Made by a program: the position numbers and the translations under genes. 64,000 nucleotides of DNA. It comes from Nemertoderma westbladi. Its lineage: Eukaryota; Animalia; Xenacoelomorpha. Positions 1 through 11,320 of this stretch are shown one piece after another. The stretch covers positions 102,275 to 166,274 of the forward strand of contig JAUCBJ010006691.1 of NCBI GenBank assembly GCA_032718475.1. Direction: 5' to 3'. Each line of letters starts with the position of its first letter. The first letter of the stretch is position 1. The notes under the pieces are model-generated. The model was given only the letters and a program-made list of their open reading frames with translations, ran no database searches and was not told the origin of the DNA.

Positions 1-486
1 ACCCCAGAGCTGCCGCGACCCGTGGTATACTGACTGCGCGGCGCTAAACGGTCTATAAACCCGAGGAGTTGACTCTTAGCAACCCCGGGGTCACCCATCA
101 AACAGATGTTGATAGACCCACGAATCTTCATACCTTTAGGATTCCTGTCGACTCCACCAACTAGGAGTAACAACAACGCCTTCTTTATATCCTCGTGTCC
201 GTAAATCTCTGGGGCTATCGATATCGCGAGTTTATCGTAGAAGTCTTCCTCGTTGACGGCCGCCTCCAACTCTTCCTCAGTGAGATCCCCCACCTCGGCT
301 TCTTCGTCTTCCGTTTTGTTGATCCGGACGATCCGATGGCAGTCCAGGAAGGTTTCTGAGAGCAGCCCGGATTGCATCGCGCGGAAGCCCTCCTTGACGG
401 AGGGCATAAAGACCCCGGTTACCAGGACGTGGTTGCCTGGTTCCGCGCACCGTGTGTTCTCCCCCCGTGCGTGGATTGTAAGCAAC
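1..486 (-). CDS. MCM7: MCM7 exon 3 (continues past the left window edge), OB-fold end and start of the AAA+ MCM box
   Basis: Minus-strand translation after acceptor ttgccttatAG (487-488): (R)[28 protein letters not shown]...[23 protein letters not shown]...[21 protein letters not shown]...YTTGRGSSG; GDPGVAKSQ is the MCM7-type Walker A. Phase matches exon 2. Confidence 0.95.
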
Positions 487-489
487 CTA

Positions 490-1050
490 TAAGGCAAAAA
501 GTAAAGTAACAAGGAAATAAAGTAGAGTAACAAGGAAGTAAAGTAGAGTAAGAAGGCAATAAAGTAGAGTAATGAAGCAATAAAGTAGAGTAACAAGAAA
601 ACCAGTTAAATAACTGGGAGCAAATCTTGGGATAGGAGTAGCGCCCACCCCTACCCTCGGGTAGCAGCTATCGAAAGAGGAGCCTTCGGGTAGCCTCCGG
701 CTTCGGCCGACTGTTTGCTTGAACAAGGAAATAAAGTAGAGTAAGAAGGCAATAAAGTAGAGTAATGAAGCAATAAAGTAGAGTAAGAAGGCAATAAAGT
801 AGAGTAATGAAGCAATAAAGTAGAGTAACAAGGAAATAAAGTAGAGTAAGAAGGCAATAAAGTAGAGTAATGAAGCAATAAAGTAGAGTAACAAGGAAAT
901 AAAGTAGAGTAAGAAGGCAATAAAGTAGAGTAATGAAGCAATAAAGTAGAGTAACAAGGAAATAAAGTAGAGTAAGAAGGCAATAAAGTAGAGTAATGAA
1001 GCAATAAAGTAGAGTAACAAGGAAATAAAGTAGAGTAAGAAGGCAATAAG
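490..1050. repeat. 21-bp minisatellite with 63-bp trimer higher-order pattern in MCM7 intron 2
   Basis: Unit AATAAAGTAGAGTAA followed by alternating GAAGGC / TGAAGC / CAAGGA; interrupted by a SINE fragment at 601-721. Confidence 0.9.
601..721 (+). mobile_element. 5'-truncated SINE 3' fragment, inverted relative to the copy at 2206-5255
   Basis: accagttaaataactgggagcaaa...ggagtagcgcccacccctaccctcgggtagcagctatcgaaagaggagccttcgggtagcctccggcttcggccgactgtttgcttg is the reverse complement of 5190-5232 joined to 2206-2305; flanked by AACAAG on both sides (possible TSD). Confidence 0.75.
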
Positions 1051-1342
1051 TAAAGGAAAAAATACGAGAATTGTTAACAGTAATTAAATGTATTTGTCGA
1101 AACAGAACATTGTTTTTCATATTTGGGCGATTTAAAATAATTCGAACGAAAGAAAGCTAAAGAAAGGGTAGTGAGTTCAATTATTAACAATTTAGATATA
1201 AAACAAATCCCCATATGTGGCAACACTAAGAAACAATACAAGTTGAAAGTTAATTTAATTAAACTTATAATTTGCTCTCAAAAGACAAGCTTTGTATTAT
1301 TTCTATGAACTGACTGCTCATCTATAGCTCGATGAAACCCAC

Positions 1343-1692
1343 CTAGGTATATTCCCTACAGGAACATTATCGGAATGTTCCTGAATCTTTAGTTCCTGAA
1401 ACTTGACGAACTTTGAGCCGCGCGTCTGCAGATAGAGGCGGCCCCCCGACCGGTTACTCCGACACTGGGTCGACTTGCAGACGGCTTCCGGCATGAAGGT
1501 CATCCCGCCCCCCACCGGTTGGTAGGTCTCGCACCCGCACTGGTCGCACGTGTACGTGGCCACCTGTATCATCGGTTTCACCTCAGTGCATCGGGTCACT
1601 ATACCCCGGATGGTAACCAGTCTACCGATATCCTTACTGCCGATATCCCGGATAACAGCGGGTTTATCCAAGGAACGGGCCTTTAAGTAAAC
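1343..1692 (-). CDS. MCM7: MCM7 exon 2 (OB fold and zinc finger)
   Basis: Acceptor ttccctAG at 1693-1694, donor GTgggt at 1342-1341; [11 protein letters not shown]...[31 protein letters not shown]...C...C...[32 protein letters not shown], typical MCM7. Confidence 0.95.
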
Positions 1693-2205
1693 CTAGGGAA
1701 ATTAATCGAACCTATTAGAGTAAGACTGAGTAGATATTAAATGAGAGTGAACTAGAAAATTCCTTCAGCTAATAGAGTACCTGTGTCCTGGGCACTTTGT
1801 CTGTTCATGGAATTTTTACTTTACATATTTAACCACAAGCGTTTCTGTTTAATAAAGTCCCCGTCGGTATTAGACTATTAACCCACTTACTTTTCTACGC
1901 TATACAGATGTTTCTTGCTATTTACATAATTAGTGGGGCATTAGTTAATATAATAATGGCGCCTGTTATACAAGGAACGGTAACGGTATATAATGGGGCC
2001 AATTTACTGCACTAAGCTCGGCTACTATAAATATAAAATACAGCGCAATTATGTGGCCAACCCCCGGGAAGGTGAGAAAAACTTTGTCGGTTATTTATAT
2101 AATTAAAGCAAAAAATTACAAAATAATGTTTTATATGTTTATTTGATATCAATGAAATCTGATCATTAGTTGATATCACAGCATGTGGTTTGATATCGAT
2201 AAAGC

Positions 2206-5200
2206 TGCAAGCAGAAATCGGTCGAGGCCGGAGGCGCGGAGGCGACCCGAAGGCTCCTCCTTCGATAGCTGCTACCCGAAGGTAGGGGTGGGCGCTACTC
2301 CTATCTGTTACCCGAAGGAAGGTTGGTGTGGGCGCTACTCCTATCTGCTACCCGAAGGTAGGGGTGGGCGCTACTCCTATCTGTTACCCGAAGGAAGGTT
2401 GGTGTGGGCGCTACTCCTATCTGTTACCCGAAGGTAGGGGTGGGCGCTACTCCTATCTGCTACCCGAAGGCAGGGGTGGGCGCTACTCCTATCTGTTACC
2501 CGAAGGAAGGTTGGTGTGGGCGCTACTCCTATCTGTTACCCGAAGGAAGGTTGGGATGGGCGCTACTCCTATCTGTTACCCGAAGGAAGGTTGGGATGGG
2601 CGCTACTCCTATCTGTTACCCGAAGGTAGGGGTGGGCGCTACTCCTATCTGTTACCCGAAGGAAGGTTGGGATGGGCGCTACTCCTATCTGTTACCCGAA
2701 GGCAGGGGTGGGCGCTACTCCTATCTGTTACCCGAAGGAAGGTTGGGATGGGCGCTACTCCTATCTGTTACCCGAAGGAAGGTTGGTGTGGGCGCTACTC
2801 CTATCTGTTACCCGAAGGTAGGGGTGGGCGCTACTCCTATCTGCTACCCGAAGGCAGGGGTGGGCGCTACTCCTATCTGTTACCCGAAGGAAGGTTGGTG
2901 TGGGCGCTACTCCTATCTGTTACCCGAAGGAAGGTTGGGATGGGCGCTACTCCTATCTGTTACCCGAAGGAAGGTTGGGGTGGGCGCTACTCCTATCTGG
3001 TACCCAAAGGAAGGTTGGTGTGGGCGCTACTCCTATCTGTTACCCGAAGGTAGGGGTGGGCGCTACTCCTATCTGCTACCCGAAGGCAGGGGTGGGCGCT
3101 ACTCCTATCTGTTACCCGAAGGAAGGTTGGTGTGGGCGCTACTCCTATCTGTTACCCGAAGGAAGGTTGGGATGGGCGCTACTCCTATCTGTTACCCGAA
3201 GGAAGGTTGGTGTGGGCGCTACTCCTATCTGTTACCCGAAGGAAGGTTGGTGTGGGCGCTACTCCTATCTGTTACCCGAAGGTAGGGGTGGGCGCTACTC
3301 CTATCTGCTACCCGAAGGTAGGGGTGGGCGCTACTCCTATCTGCTACCCGAAGGCAGGGGTGGGCGCTACTCCTATCTGCTACCCGAGGGTAGGAGTGGG
3401 CGCTACTCCTATCTGCTCTGCTACCCGAAGGTAGGAGTGAGCGCTACTCCTATCTGCTCTGCTACCCGAAGGCAGGGGTGGGCGCTACTCCTATCTGCTA
3501 CCCGAAGGCAGGGGTGGGCGCTACTCCTATCTGTTACCCGAAGGAAGGTTGGTGTGGGCGCTACTCCTATCTGTTACCCGAAGGAAGGTTGGGATGGGCG
3601 CTACTCCTATCTGTTACCCGAAGGAAGGTTGGTGTGGGCGCTACTCCTATCTGTTACCCGAAGGTAGGGGTGGGCGCTACTCCTATCTGCTACCCGAAGG
3701 TAGGGGTGGGCGCTACTCCTATCTGGTACCCGAATGTTGGTGTGGGCGCTACTCCTATCTGCTACCCGAAGGTAGGGGTGGGCGCTACTCCTATCTGCTA
3801 CCCGAAGGCAGGGGTGGGCGCTACTCCTATCTGCTACCCGAGGGTAGGAGTGGGCGCTACTCCTATCTGCTCTGCTACCCGAAGGTAGGAGTGAGCGCTA
3901 CTCCTATCTGCTCTGCTACCCGAAGGTAGGGGTGGTCGCTACTCCTATCTGCTACCCGAAGGTAGGGGTTGGCGCTACTCCTATCTGTTACCCGAAGGAA
4001 GGTTGGTGTGGGCGCTACTCCTATCTGCTACCCGAAGGTTGGTGTGGGCGCTACTCCTATCTGCTACCCGAAGGTAGGAGTGGGCGCTACTCCTATCTGC
4101 TACCCGAAGGTAGGGGTGGGCGCTACTCCTATCTGCTACCCGAAGGTAGGAGTGGGCGCTACTCCTATCTGTTACCCAAGGTAGGGGTGGGCGCTACTCC
4201 TATATCTGCTACCCGAAGGTTGGGATGGGCGCTACTCCTATATCTGCTACCCGAAGGTAGGGACGGGCGCTACTCCTATCTGCTACCCGAAGGTTGGTGT
4301 GGGCGCTACTCCTATCTGCTACCCGAGGGTAGGGGTGGGCGCTACTCCTATCTGCTACCCGAGGGTAGGAGTGGGCGCTACTCCTATCTGCTCTGCTACC
4401 CGAAGGTAGGGGTGAGCGCTACTCCTATCTGCTCTGCTACCCGAAGGTAGGGGTGGTCGCTACTCCTATCTGCTACCCGAAGGTAGGGGTTGGCGCTACT
4501 CCTATCTGCTACCCGAAGGTAGGGGTGGGCGCTACTCCTATCTGCTACCCGAAGGTAGGGGTGGGCGCTACTCCTATCTGCTACCCGAAGGTAGGGGTGG
4601 GCGCTAATCCTATCTGCTACACGAGGGTAGGGGTGGGCGCTACTCCTATCTACTATTATACCCGAAGGTAGGGGTGGTCGCTACTCCTATCTGCTACCCG
4701 AAGGTAGGGGTGGGCGCTACTCATATCTGCTACCCTTATGTAGGGGTGGTCGCTACTCCTATCTGCTACCCGAGGGTAGGTGTGGGCGCTACTCCTATCT
4801 GCTACCCGAGGGTAGGTGTGGGCGCTACTCCTATCTGCTCTGCTACCCGAAGGTAGGGGTGGGCGCTACTCCTATCTGCTACCCGAAGGAAGGGGTGGTC
4901 GCTACTCCTTATCTGCTACCCGAAGGTAGGGGTTGGCGCTACTCCTATCTGCTACCCGAAGGTAGGGGTGGGCGCTACTCCTATCTGTTACCCGAAGGTA
5001 GGGGTGGGCGCTAATCCTATCTGCTACACGAGGGTAGGGGTGGGCGCTACTCCTATCTACTAGCCGAAGGTAGGGGTGGGCGCTACTCCTATCTGCTACA
5101 CGAGGGTAGGGGTCGGCGCTACTCCTATCTGCTACCCGAGGGTAGGTGTGGGCGCTACTCCTATCTGCTACCCGAGGGTAGGAGTGGGCGCTACTCCTTT

Positions 5201-5255
5201 CCCTTGTTTTGCTCCCAGGAATTCAACTGGTACTCATTTTATCGACCCCGGAAGT
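2206..5255 (-). mobile_element. SINE copy in MCM7 intron 1 whose internal segment has been amplified into a 2.9-kb minisatellite
   Basis: Unique flanks 2206-2266 and 5198-5255 join into the same element as 601-721; the minus strand of 5225-5255 (TTCCGGGGTCGATAAAATGAGTACCAG) resembles the conserved Deu/Nin-type SINE central motif (recognised from memory). Confidence 0.7.
2267..5197. repeat. 36/40-bp GC-rich minisatellite (roughly 75 units)
   Basis: Unit GCTACCCGAAGGTAGGGGTGGGCGCTACTCCTATCT with 40-bp variants (GGAAGGTTGGTGTGGG / GGAAGGTTGGGATGGG). Confidence 0.97.
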
Positions 5256-5581
5256 GGCTACTGACCGGATCCAATCACCGGACCCTCTAAATACCGTATT
5301 CTGGTATTAAAGCTTTATATTTGATTTTGATTTATAATTTACCTGTGTACTATTAATTGGCCGTACCCTTTTTGTGACCGGACCCATATTCTTGTGACAT
5401 GTGTTAACTTTCGTTTATTGTTTTGGTTCCCCCAATAAGCCTCTGTAACCTTCCCCTTCAAATGGCAAATGGGTCCGGTAAAAATGAAAATGGCAATGGG
5501 TTCGGTCAAAATGGTAATGGGTCCGGTTGGAGTGCATCTGTAGTGGGGGGGGGGGGGGGGGGGGGTGATGGGGTCACTCAC

Positions 5582-5992
5582 CTCGAACCGCTGCGTCAGC
5601 TCTGACGGATACTTGTTCCTCGCACTCGCGTCGCCAACCTCTGCGTGTCGTTGGTCCGACATCAACCGATGCTGGATGTAAACATCCAACGGGTCCCGAT
5701 GCTCCGGCTCGTGGGTCTTATACTCCGGGAGCAGCGAATCGACGGCCTCCGCGAACAGCCGAGTGTAGCGAGTGGCGTTCCGTTCCACACGAGTAGCTAG
5801 TTCGGGCTCAGCGTCCGCCAGATGGTCCAGGTCTACCGTGATGGCGGTGTCCTCTCGGTGTGCCAGACGTGTCAGCGCCCGGCCGTAGATGAAGTCTTTT
5901 GGAGCGCCCCCACCCGATTCTACGTGGTATTCGCATAGGAACTTGCGACATAGTTGTCCGTCATCCTCGTAATTGGGTCGAGTGAATGCCAT
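5582..5992 (-). CDS. MCM7: MCM7 exon 1 (N-terminal domain)
   Basis: ATG at 5992; MAFTRPNYEDDGQLCRKFL...LTRLAHRE...VDLDHL...NATRYTRLFAEAVDSLLP...DPLDVYIQHRL...YPSELTQRFE then donor GTGAGT at 5581; 411 nt, phase 0, joins VYLK of exon 2. Confidence 0.93.
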
Positions 5993-7159
5993 TATTGTTA
6001 CCGGAACTCAATAAATACTCGGTTTGCTACCGCGGCTGGGTACAGGGGTAGAGGCGATAAAATATACGTTTATAATTTAATGAATAATCTGACAGTAAGA
6101 ACAGGCTGGCTGGCAGCGTGGCAGGCCTAATTAATTGCTAATACTGTACGATATTATACTGTACGATACTGTACTATATTATATATGATATATAAGACGA
6201 TATTAGATTGTTAGAGGCCAAATGTACAGGCGGAGATGACGAGAACAACGAGGCTTGTAAAGGAGACGAGTTATACAGTTATTTCACTAAACTCATCATA
6301 AACGAACAGATGTTTTATTTTGTTCAGTAGCTGTAGCGGTACGGGGATGTTTATATCGGCTATATAATTTGGCGACCTGTTACAGTGTTAGGCGGAGGCC
6401 CTATACTTCTATACAGCTATACCGTACATGAGCGCAACAGGAACAAGGGAAAACTTACCCTGGTAAAAATGTACCCGGCCGAAAATGTACCTTGTAATAT
6501 TGGGTACGTTTCCACTAGGGATGTCCCGGAATCGATATTTTGATTCCGGCCGGAACCGGAATTCAACATGCCGGAATACCGGCCGGAACCGGAATTTTCT
6601 ATAATTAATGAAATACACTAAATGACCCATGAAACTTTACAATTTTTTGTGAACCAAATTGATTTTTTCAATATCTACAGCTAAGTTTGCTAATGAGATG
6701 AATCAGAACCTTGGGAGAATTAAGGTGGGTGGACACACCCACCTTGCGTGGCGTACACGGCTAGCGCAACGAGGTTTGTCAGTTTGTAATAGGCGAGTGA
6801 CAGTACGAGTATCGGTCAGCAGGTACTGACTGAATCAAAACGATCAGTTATATGTGAAACACCGGGTGAAAGGCGACATCCTTTCTCTCTCTGCAGCTCT
6901 GTCTCTATCTCTCTCTCTCTATCAGTCTATTGGGATTGGCTGTTCACTGGTACATGTACGGCAGCAAAGGCTATGCTATACTGCTATACCCAGCTGCCAT
7001 ACCAGCCCAGCATGCCGGCTGACCGGTATGCTGAGGGCTGGCAAAGTAGGTTTTTGTAAACCTAGGTTTTTGGAAACCTAGGTTTTTGGAAACCTAGGTT
7101 TTTGTAGATTTTTGTCAAAAACCAAAAATTTGAAAAAAGCCTAAAACTAGGTTTTTAGG

Positions 7160-9277
7160 CGGTCCTACTAATTACCCAACTTTACCCAAATCTACCCAAC
7201 TTTACCCAAACTTACCCAACTTTACCCAACTTCACCCAACTTTACCCCACTTTACCCAATACCACCCAACTTTACCCAATCGAATACCCAACTACCTATC
7301 TGCCGACCAGTGATGCAATACCGTACAGCAGAAGGCTTACTTACTTTTACTACAGTACCCATAGGTCGCTTAATGTGTATACACGGCTGCACGGTACACC
7401 ATGCAGCCATGGAGCCATGCAGCATGCAGCCATGTATGAATCTGTGAATGGTTTGTATCAGTGGGGTCCTACTAAATACTGAAATACTACAAAAAGCACA
7501 AAACAAGCACAAAAAAGCACAAAAAAGTCAAGAAAAGCACAAAAAAGCACAAAAAAAGCACAAAAAAGCACAAAAAAGGTAAAAAAAAGCACAAAAAAGT
7601 AAAAAAAAAAGCACAAAAAAGCAAACTGATCGTTTATTGAGCTTGTAATAGAACAGATGATAGAAGCAATATCATGTAGTGCAGTAGTGTCTAGGCTACC
7701 GGAAGGATAATCACATGTCCAGTATGCTTTCATGTCATATAGCTGCCAGTCTGCCAGTGAGTGAGCACCAGCACGAGCAATTACATAGGTAAGGTACAGC
7801 CCTACCACGAGCACCCAAGTGCAATATCAGGCTAATGTCAGAATGTAAAGATGGTTCAATTCAAATATCAGGATAGAACTTATAATACTGTAATAGACTT
7901 TGTTATTGTCAGATTGTCACATTATGTCAACTTATCAGCGTTCTGGTTAATTACTTTAATTTATTCACCGATAAATCGACATACTGTACAATTATCACAT
8001 CACGGTCTGCCCGAACCTCTCGAGTGGGTGATCGATAACGTCTGAGGACAAGTATGATGATATTAGTCGTAGTCATACTTGCAAGAATCTCGCTTAGGTC
8101 GGAACTGCCTTGGTCAGTTGGTTACGATATCTGCGTCTGTTGGAAACACAGTTCCTGCCTGGGTTTAACCACTGCTGTTGTAACACTACTGTATACTTTG
8201 AAATTTCTATAACTGCCAGATTGTTTGCAATGTTGTTTAGGAGTTCATGCGTACTTATCTTATATGTCAATATTCTATTTTATTTTACCTTAACTAACGA
8301 CCCCCATGAGTGCCTTAGATCCTGGGTGTTCTTTCCCACGATCGTAATTTACTGTAGTTTTATTAAGCTATTAATCTATACTGTATGTGTTTTATTATGT
8401 TTATTTTCTTATTATATTTATTATGGTTATTTACATACTGTAGGTCAGAACATTGCAAATTAATCAATCATAGGCGTATGGGTTACCTTCGTATGTGGGG
8501 GGTGTCTGTAACAATATCTCTTATATTTCCCCCCCCCCCCCCATGTCTCTTGATATGAGAATGTTTTTTTGTGCTTTTTTTTACTTTTTTGTGCTTTTTT
8601 TCACCTTTTTTGTGCTTTTTTGTGCTTTTTTTGTGCCTTTTTGTGCTTTTCTTGACTTTTTTGTGCTTTTTTGTGCTTGTTTTGTGCTTTTTGTAGTATT
8701 TAGTAGGACCCGTATCAGTGCAGTACAGTAGTGTAGGCCTATATAGACCTGTATGGCTTCATGTTTATACAATCATACTCCAGTACAGTACTTATAATCA
8801 TAACATAACACATTCAGACATCAATAAAATTATCAATATGGCTGTATGAGGGTGCATTTCGGGGTGGTGATGTTCTATAGAATAGACTTTAGTTTATTGT
8901 TTTGGTTAGAATAACGTGCCACTATAACCTGTTCCTTTCCCTAAATTGAGAATTTAACATTCAGGTTGAGATATGCATCAAGTTTCCCCCTGCAGCCCTG
9001 CCTCCACTCCATTCAGCCATTGCAGCATTGGCAGATTGGATATGGTAGATAGGCCTAACTACTGCAAACTAATTGATTAGGCCTAGGTCAGTAGGTGATC
9101 GATTGGCAGATTGGGTAATGGATTGAAATGATTGGGTAAAGTTGGGTGGTATTGGGTAAAGTTGGGTAAAGTGGATTGGGTAATTGATTGGGTGAAGTTG
9201 GGTGGTATTGGCTAAAGTGTGGTAAAGTTGGGTAAAGTTGGGTGGAGTTGGGTAAAGTTGGGTATTTAGTAGGACCC
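7160..9277. mobile_element. Foldback (Mutator-like) non-autonomous element with TTTACCCAAC subterminal repeats
   Basis: TIR (c)GGTCCTACTAATTACCCAAC at 7160 / GTTGGGTATTTAGTAGGACCC ending 9277; about 140 bp of inverted 10-bp repeats each side; TSD TTTTTAGG at 7152-7159 and 9278-9285. Confidence 0.8.
7464..8711. mobile_element. Foldback Mutator-like non-autonomous element with AAAAGCAC subterminal repeats
   Basis: TIR GGGTCCTACTAAATACT... (7464) / ...GTATTTAGTAGGACCC (8711); about 150-bp inverted arms; perfect 9-bp TSD GTATCAGTG at 7455-7463 and 8712-8720. Confidence 0.9.
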
Positions 9278-10094
9278 TTTTTAGGTTTTTGAACACAATA
9301 GGTAACTGAATAAAGAGCCAACTTGCTTGTTTTTTGAAAATTTCTGATGACAAAAATAGTTTGGTTCCATGCATGAAACCCTCAGACTTAAGACTTTTTG
9401 AGTTTCTGCCTTTAACTAAGCCGATAATAAAACCTCACTGCTGGCAGGGTGCAGGGGCAGCTGGACTGACTAATATTACCCTCCCCTATCCCTTTTTAAA
9501 AAACAAAAATCAAATCGATTATTTTAATATAGGCCTATTGTAGGATTACCGGTATCTACTGATGCTGTATTTGTATATGGTGCTGTATAAAATATAATCT
9601 TGAACAAATGCGGCCCCATATCATTTATCTAACCATCATAACAAATGAACTGATGAACCAATCAAGCTCAGGTAGTCCAGTAGTCAGGTCAATCTTCAAT
9701 CTAATCAATCATTATACAAATACAGTCTGACATAAATACTACAAAAACCTAGCAATAACATTCAAAAACCTGCAAAAAACTTCCAAAACCTGCAAAAACC
9801 TATCAAAAACCTAATTTTTGTTTTGAAAAACCTACGGTTTTTGCCAGACCTGGAGGCCTACTGCCTGACTGCTACAGTGCTATATGAATAAATTGATGTG
9901 AAAAATTGAAATAAACTACAGAACTAATGAGTAATGACTGAATGACGAACCCGAGAACCCGACTTCATTATATAAAATGTAAGGAATGGAGGAAGTTTTG
10001 TTAGGATGACTAGTGTCTTGTACCCCAAATATGGGTAGGCCTACCGTACGTTATTGATCGGGAACGTTTTAACTGAGGTTTGTTTTGACCTGTA

Positions 10095-10400
10095 GTAACC
10101 TGCTGCCATCAGCTATGGGTGATCTTCCACAGTAAACCCTTACACTCTGTTTCCCAAGTTGACTTGCATGCCTTGGTTCCCATTCTGCCATTTATCTGTT
10201 TATCGACCACTGCAGCACTGAAGGATGAAAGCCATGGTTGGGCTAAACTGCAGAATTTAAAGCACTGTGCCCAAACAGTCAGACAGTGACTGCCCCATCT
10301 CAGCATCTACAGATCTAGGGATCGAACCAGGGCTTCCTAATTGGAAGCCTGGCACCTGGAAGCCCAGGAATCTGGGAATGTCACCACTAGACTGCTACAT
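10095..10400 (-). mobile_element. tRNA-derived SINE
   Basis: Minus strand: A-box-like GTAGCAGTCTAGTGGT, B-box GGTTCGATCCC, followed by GCTTTCATCCTTCAGTG...GTCGATAAA resembling the Deu/Nin-type SINE central motif. Confidence 0.65.
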
Positions 10401-11028
10401 TCAGACAGTGCTAGACCAAGCTGCTGCCTGTCGCAACCTATAAATCTGTAAATAGATTAAAACCTCAAAAACCACCTATGCAAAAAAATGAATAGGCCCT
10501 AGGCCCTACCTATTTTTTTTTCTTAAAAAAACCTAGGTTTATTCCACCCTTGTCTGCTTGTTCAGCCAGGGCGCAGGCAGCATATTGCATATTGCGGCTT
10601 CAGGCTGTCAGGCGCAACTTGAGATGCTACACCAAACGATCTGACGAGTTCGGCCTACATGCTGACATGTAAGCCTAAAACTTTTCAATATCAGAGCAGA
10701 ATACAGAATAGGGCCATCTACGTACACAACTAACTGTTCTCTGGCTCTAGCAATTCTGTTATGCCAGTCCCAGTACACGTTCGTGGGGCCTTCGCGCAGC
10801 ACGAGGCCCAGTTATTAGATACAAATTAAAATTGAGCGACTGTATCACAAAATCAGGTTTTGAGAAATTTACCCACACCACCAATCAATCAAAGAAAGGG
10901 GGACAGTACGTGTTCACCCCCTTTAATCCCCCCCCCCCCCCCCCCAACCTTCCCAACCACCAATACATAACCGGGACATCTACCACCCACGGAAGGGTAG
11001 CACGAACTTATTTCCAATCGCACGTTAA

Positions 11029-11320
11029 ATATGCAAAGCCAGGTGGTTTATAGGAATATAATAAACGCAGTACTCGTTTTCATTATAAGCCTCTTTGCGT
11101 TCGTCCTGTTTTGTATTTAAATATATTTCTTAAACGCAGGCTGACGATATTTATAATAATAATAACTAGGGATGCGATCAATATGTGAAGCCAGGTGGTT
11201 TATATAATAATTTAGTCAACGAGGTACTCGTCTTCATTATATGCCTCGTTGCGCTCGTCGCTTGTCCTGTTTTGTCATAAAATATTTTTCCTAAACGCAG
11301 ACTGACGATCTTTATACAGT
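11029..11320. repeat. Diverged tandem duplication of about 150 bp
   Basis: aatatg..aagccaggtggtttata...gtactcgt.ttcattata.gcctc.ttgcg.tcgtc...taaacgcag.ctgacgat occurs at about 11029 and 11181. Confidence 0.75.

Larger units (their letters stand above)
7033..9852. mobile_element. Old non-autonomous TIR element (hAT-like CAGGGCTGGCAAA termini), outer shell of a nested cluster
   Basis: Left gagggctggcaaagtaggttttt vs reverse complement of right end caggtctggcaaaaaccgtaggttttt; subterminal AAAACCTA/TAGGTTTT repeats on both sides; no TSD readable. Confidence 0.5.

Noticed and set aside
487-1120. Three overlapping hydrophobic ORFs (LLYFIAS repeats)
   Set aside because: Translations of the 21-bp intronic minisatellite between valid MCM7 splice sites.
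2183-5264. Many ORFs with VGVGATPICYPK repeats
   Set aside because: Products of the 36/40-bp array; frames shift with unit length.
6420-6465. GCA ACA GGA ACA a GGG AAA ACT TAC resembling a kinesin P-loop (TGT-GKT) as the missing KIF3A exon
   Set aside because: Needs a frameshift, and flanks do not match TIFAYGQ or TMEG; treated as chance.
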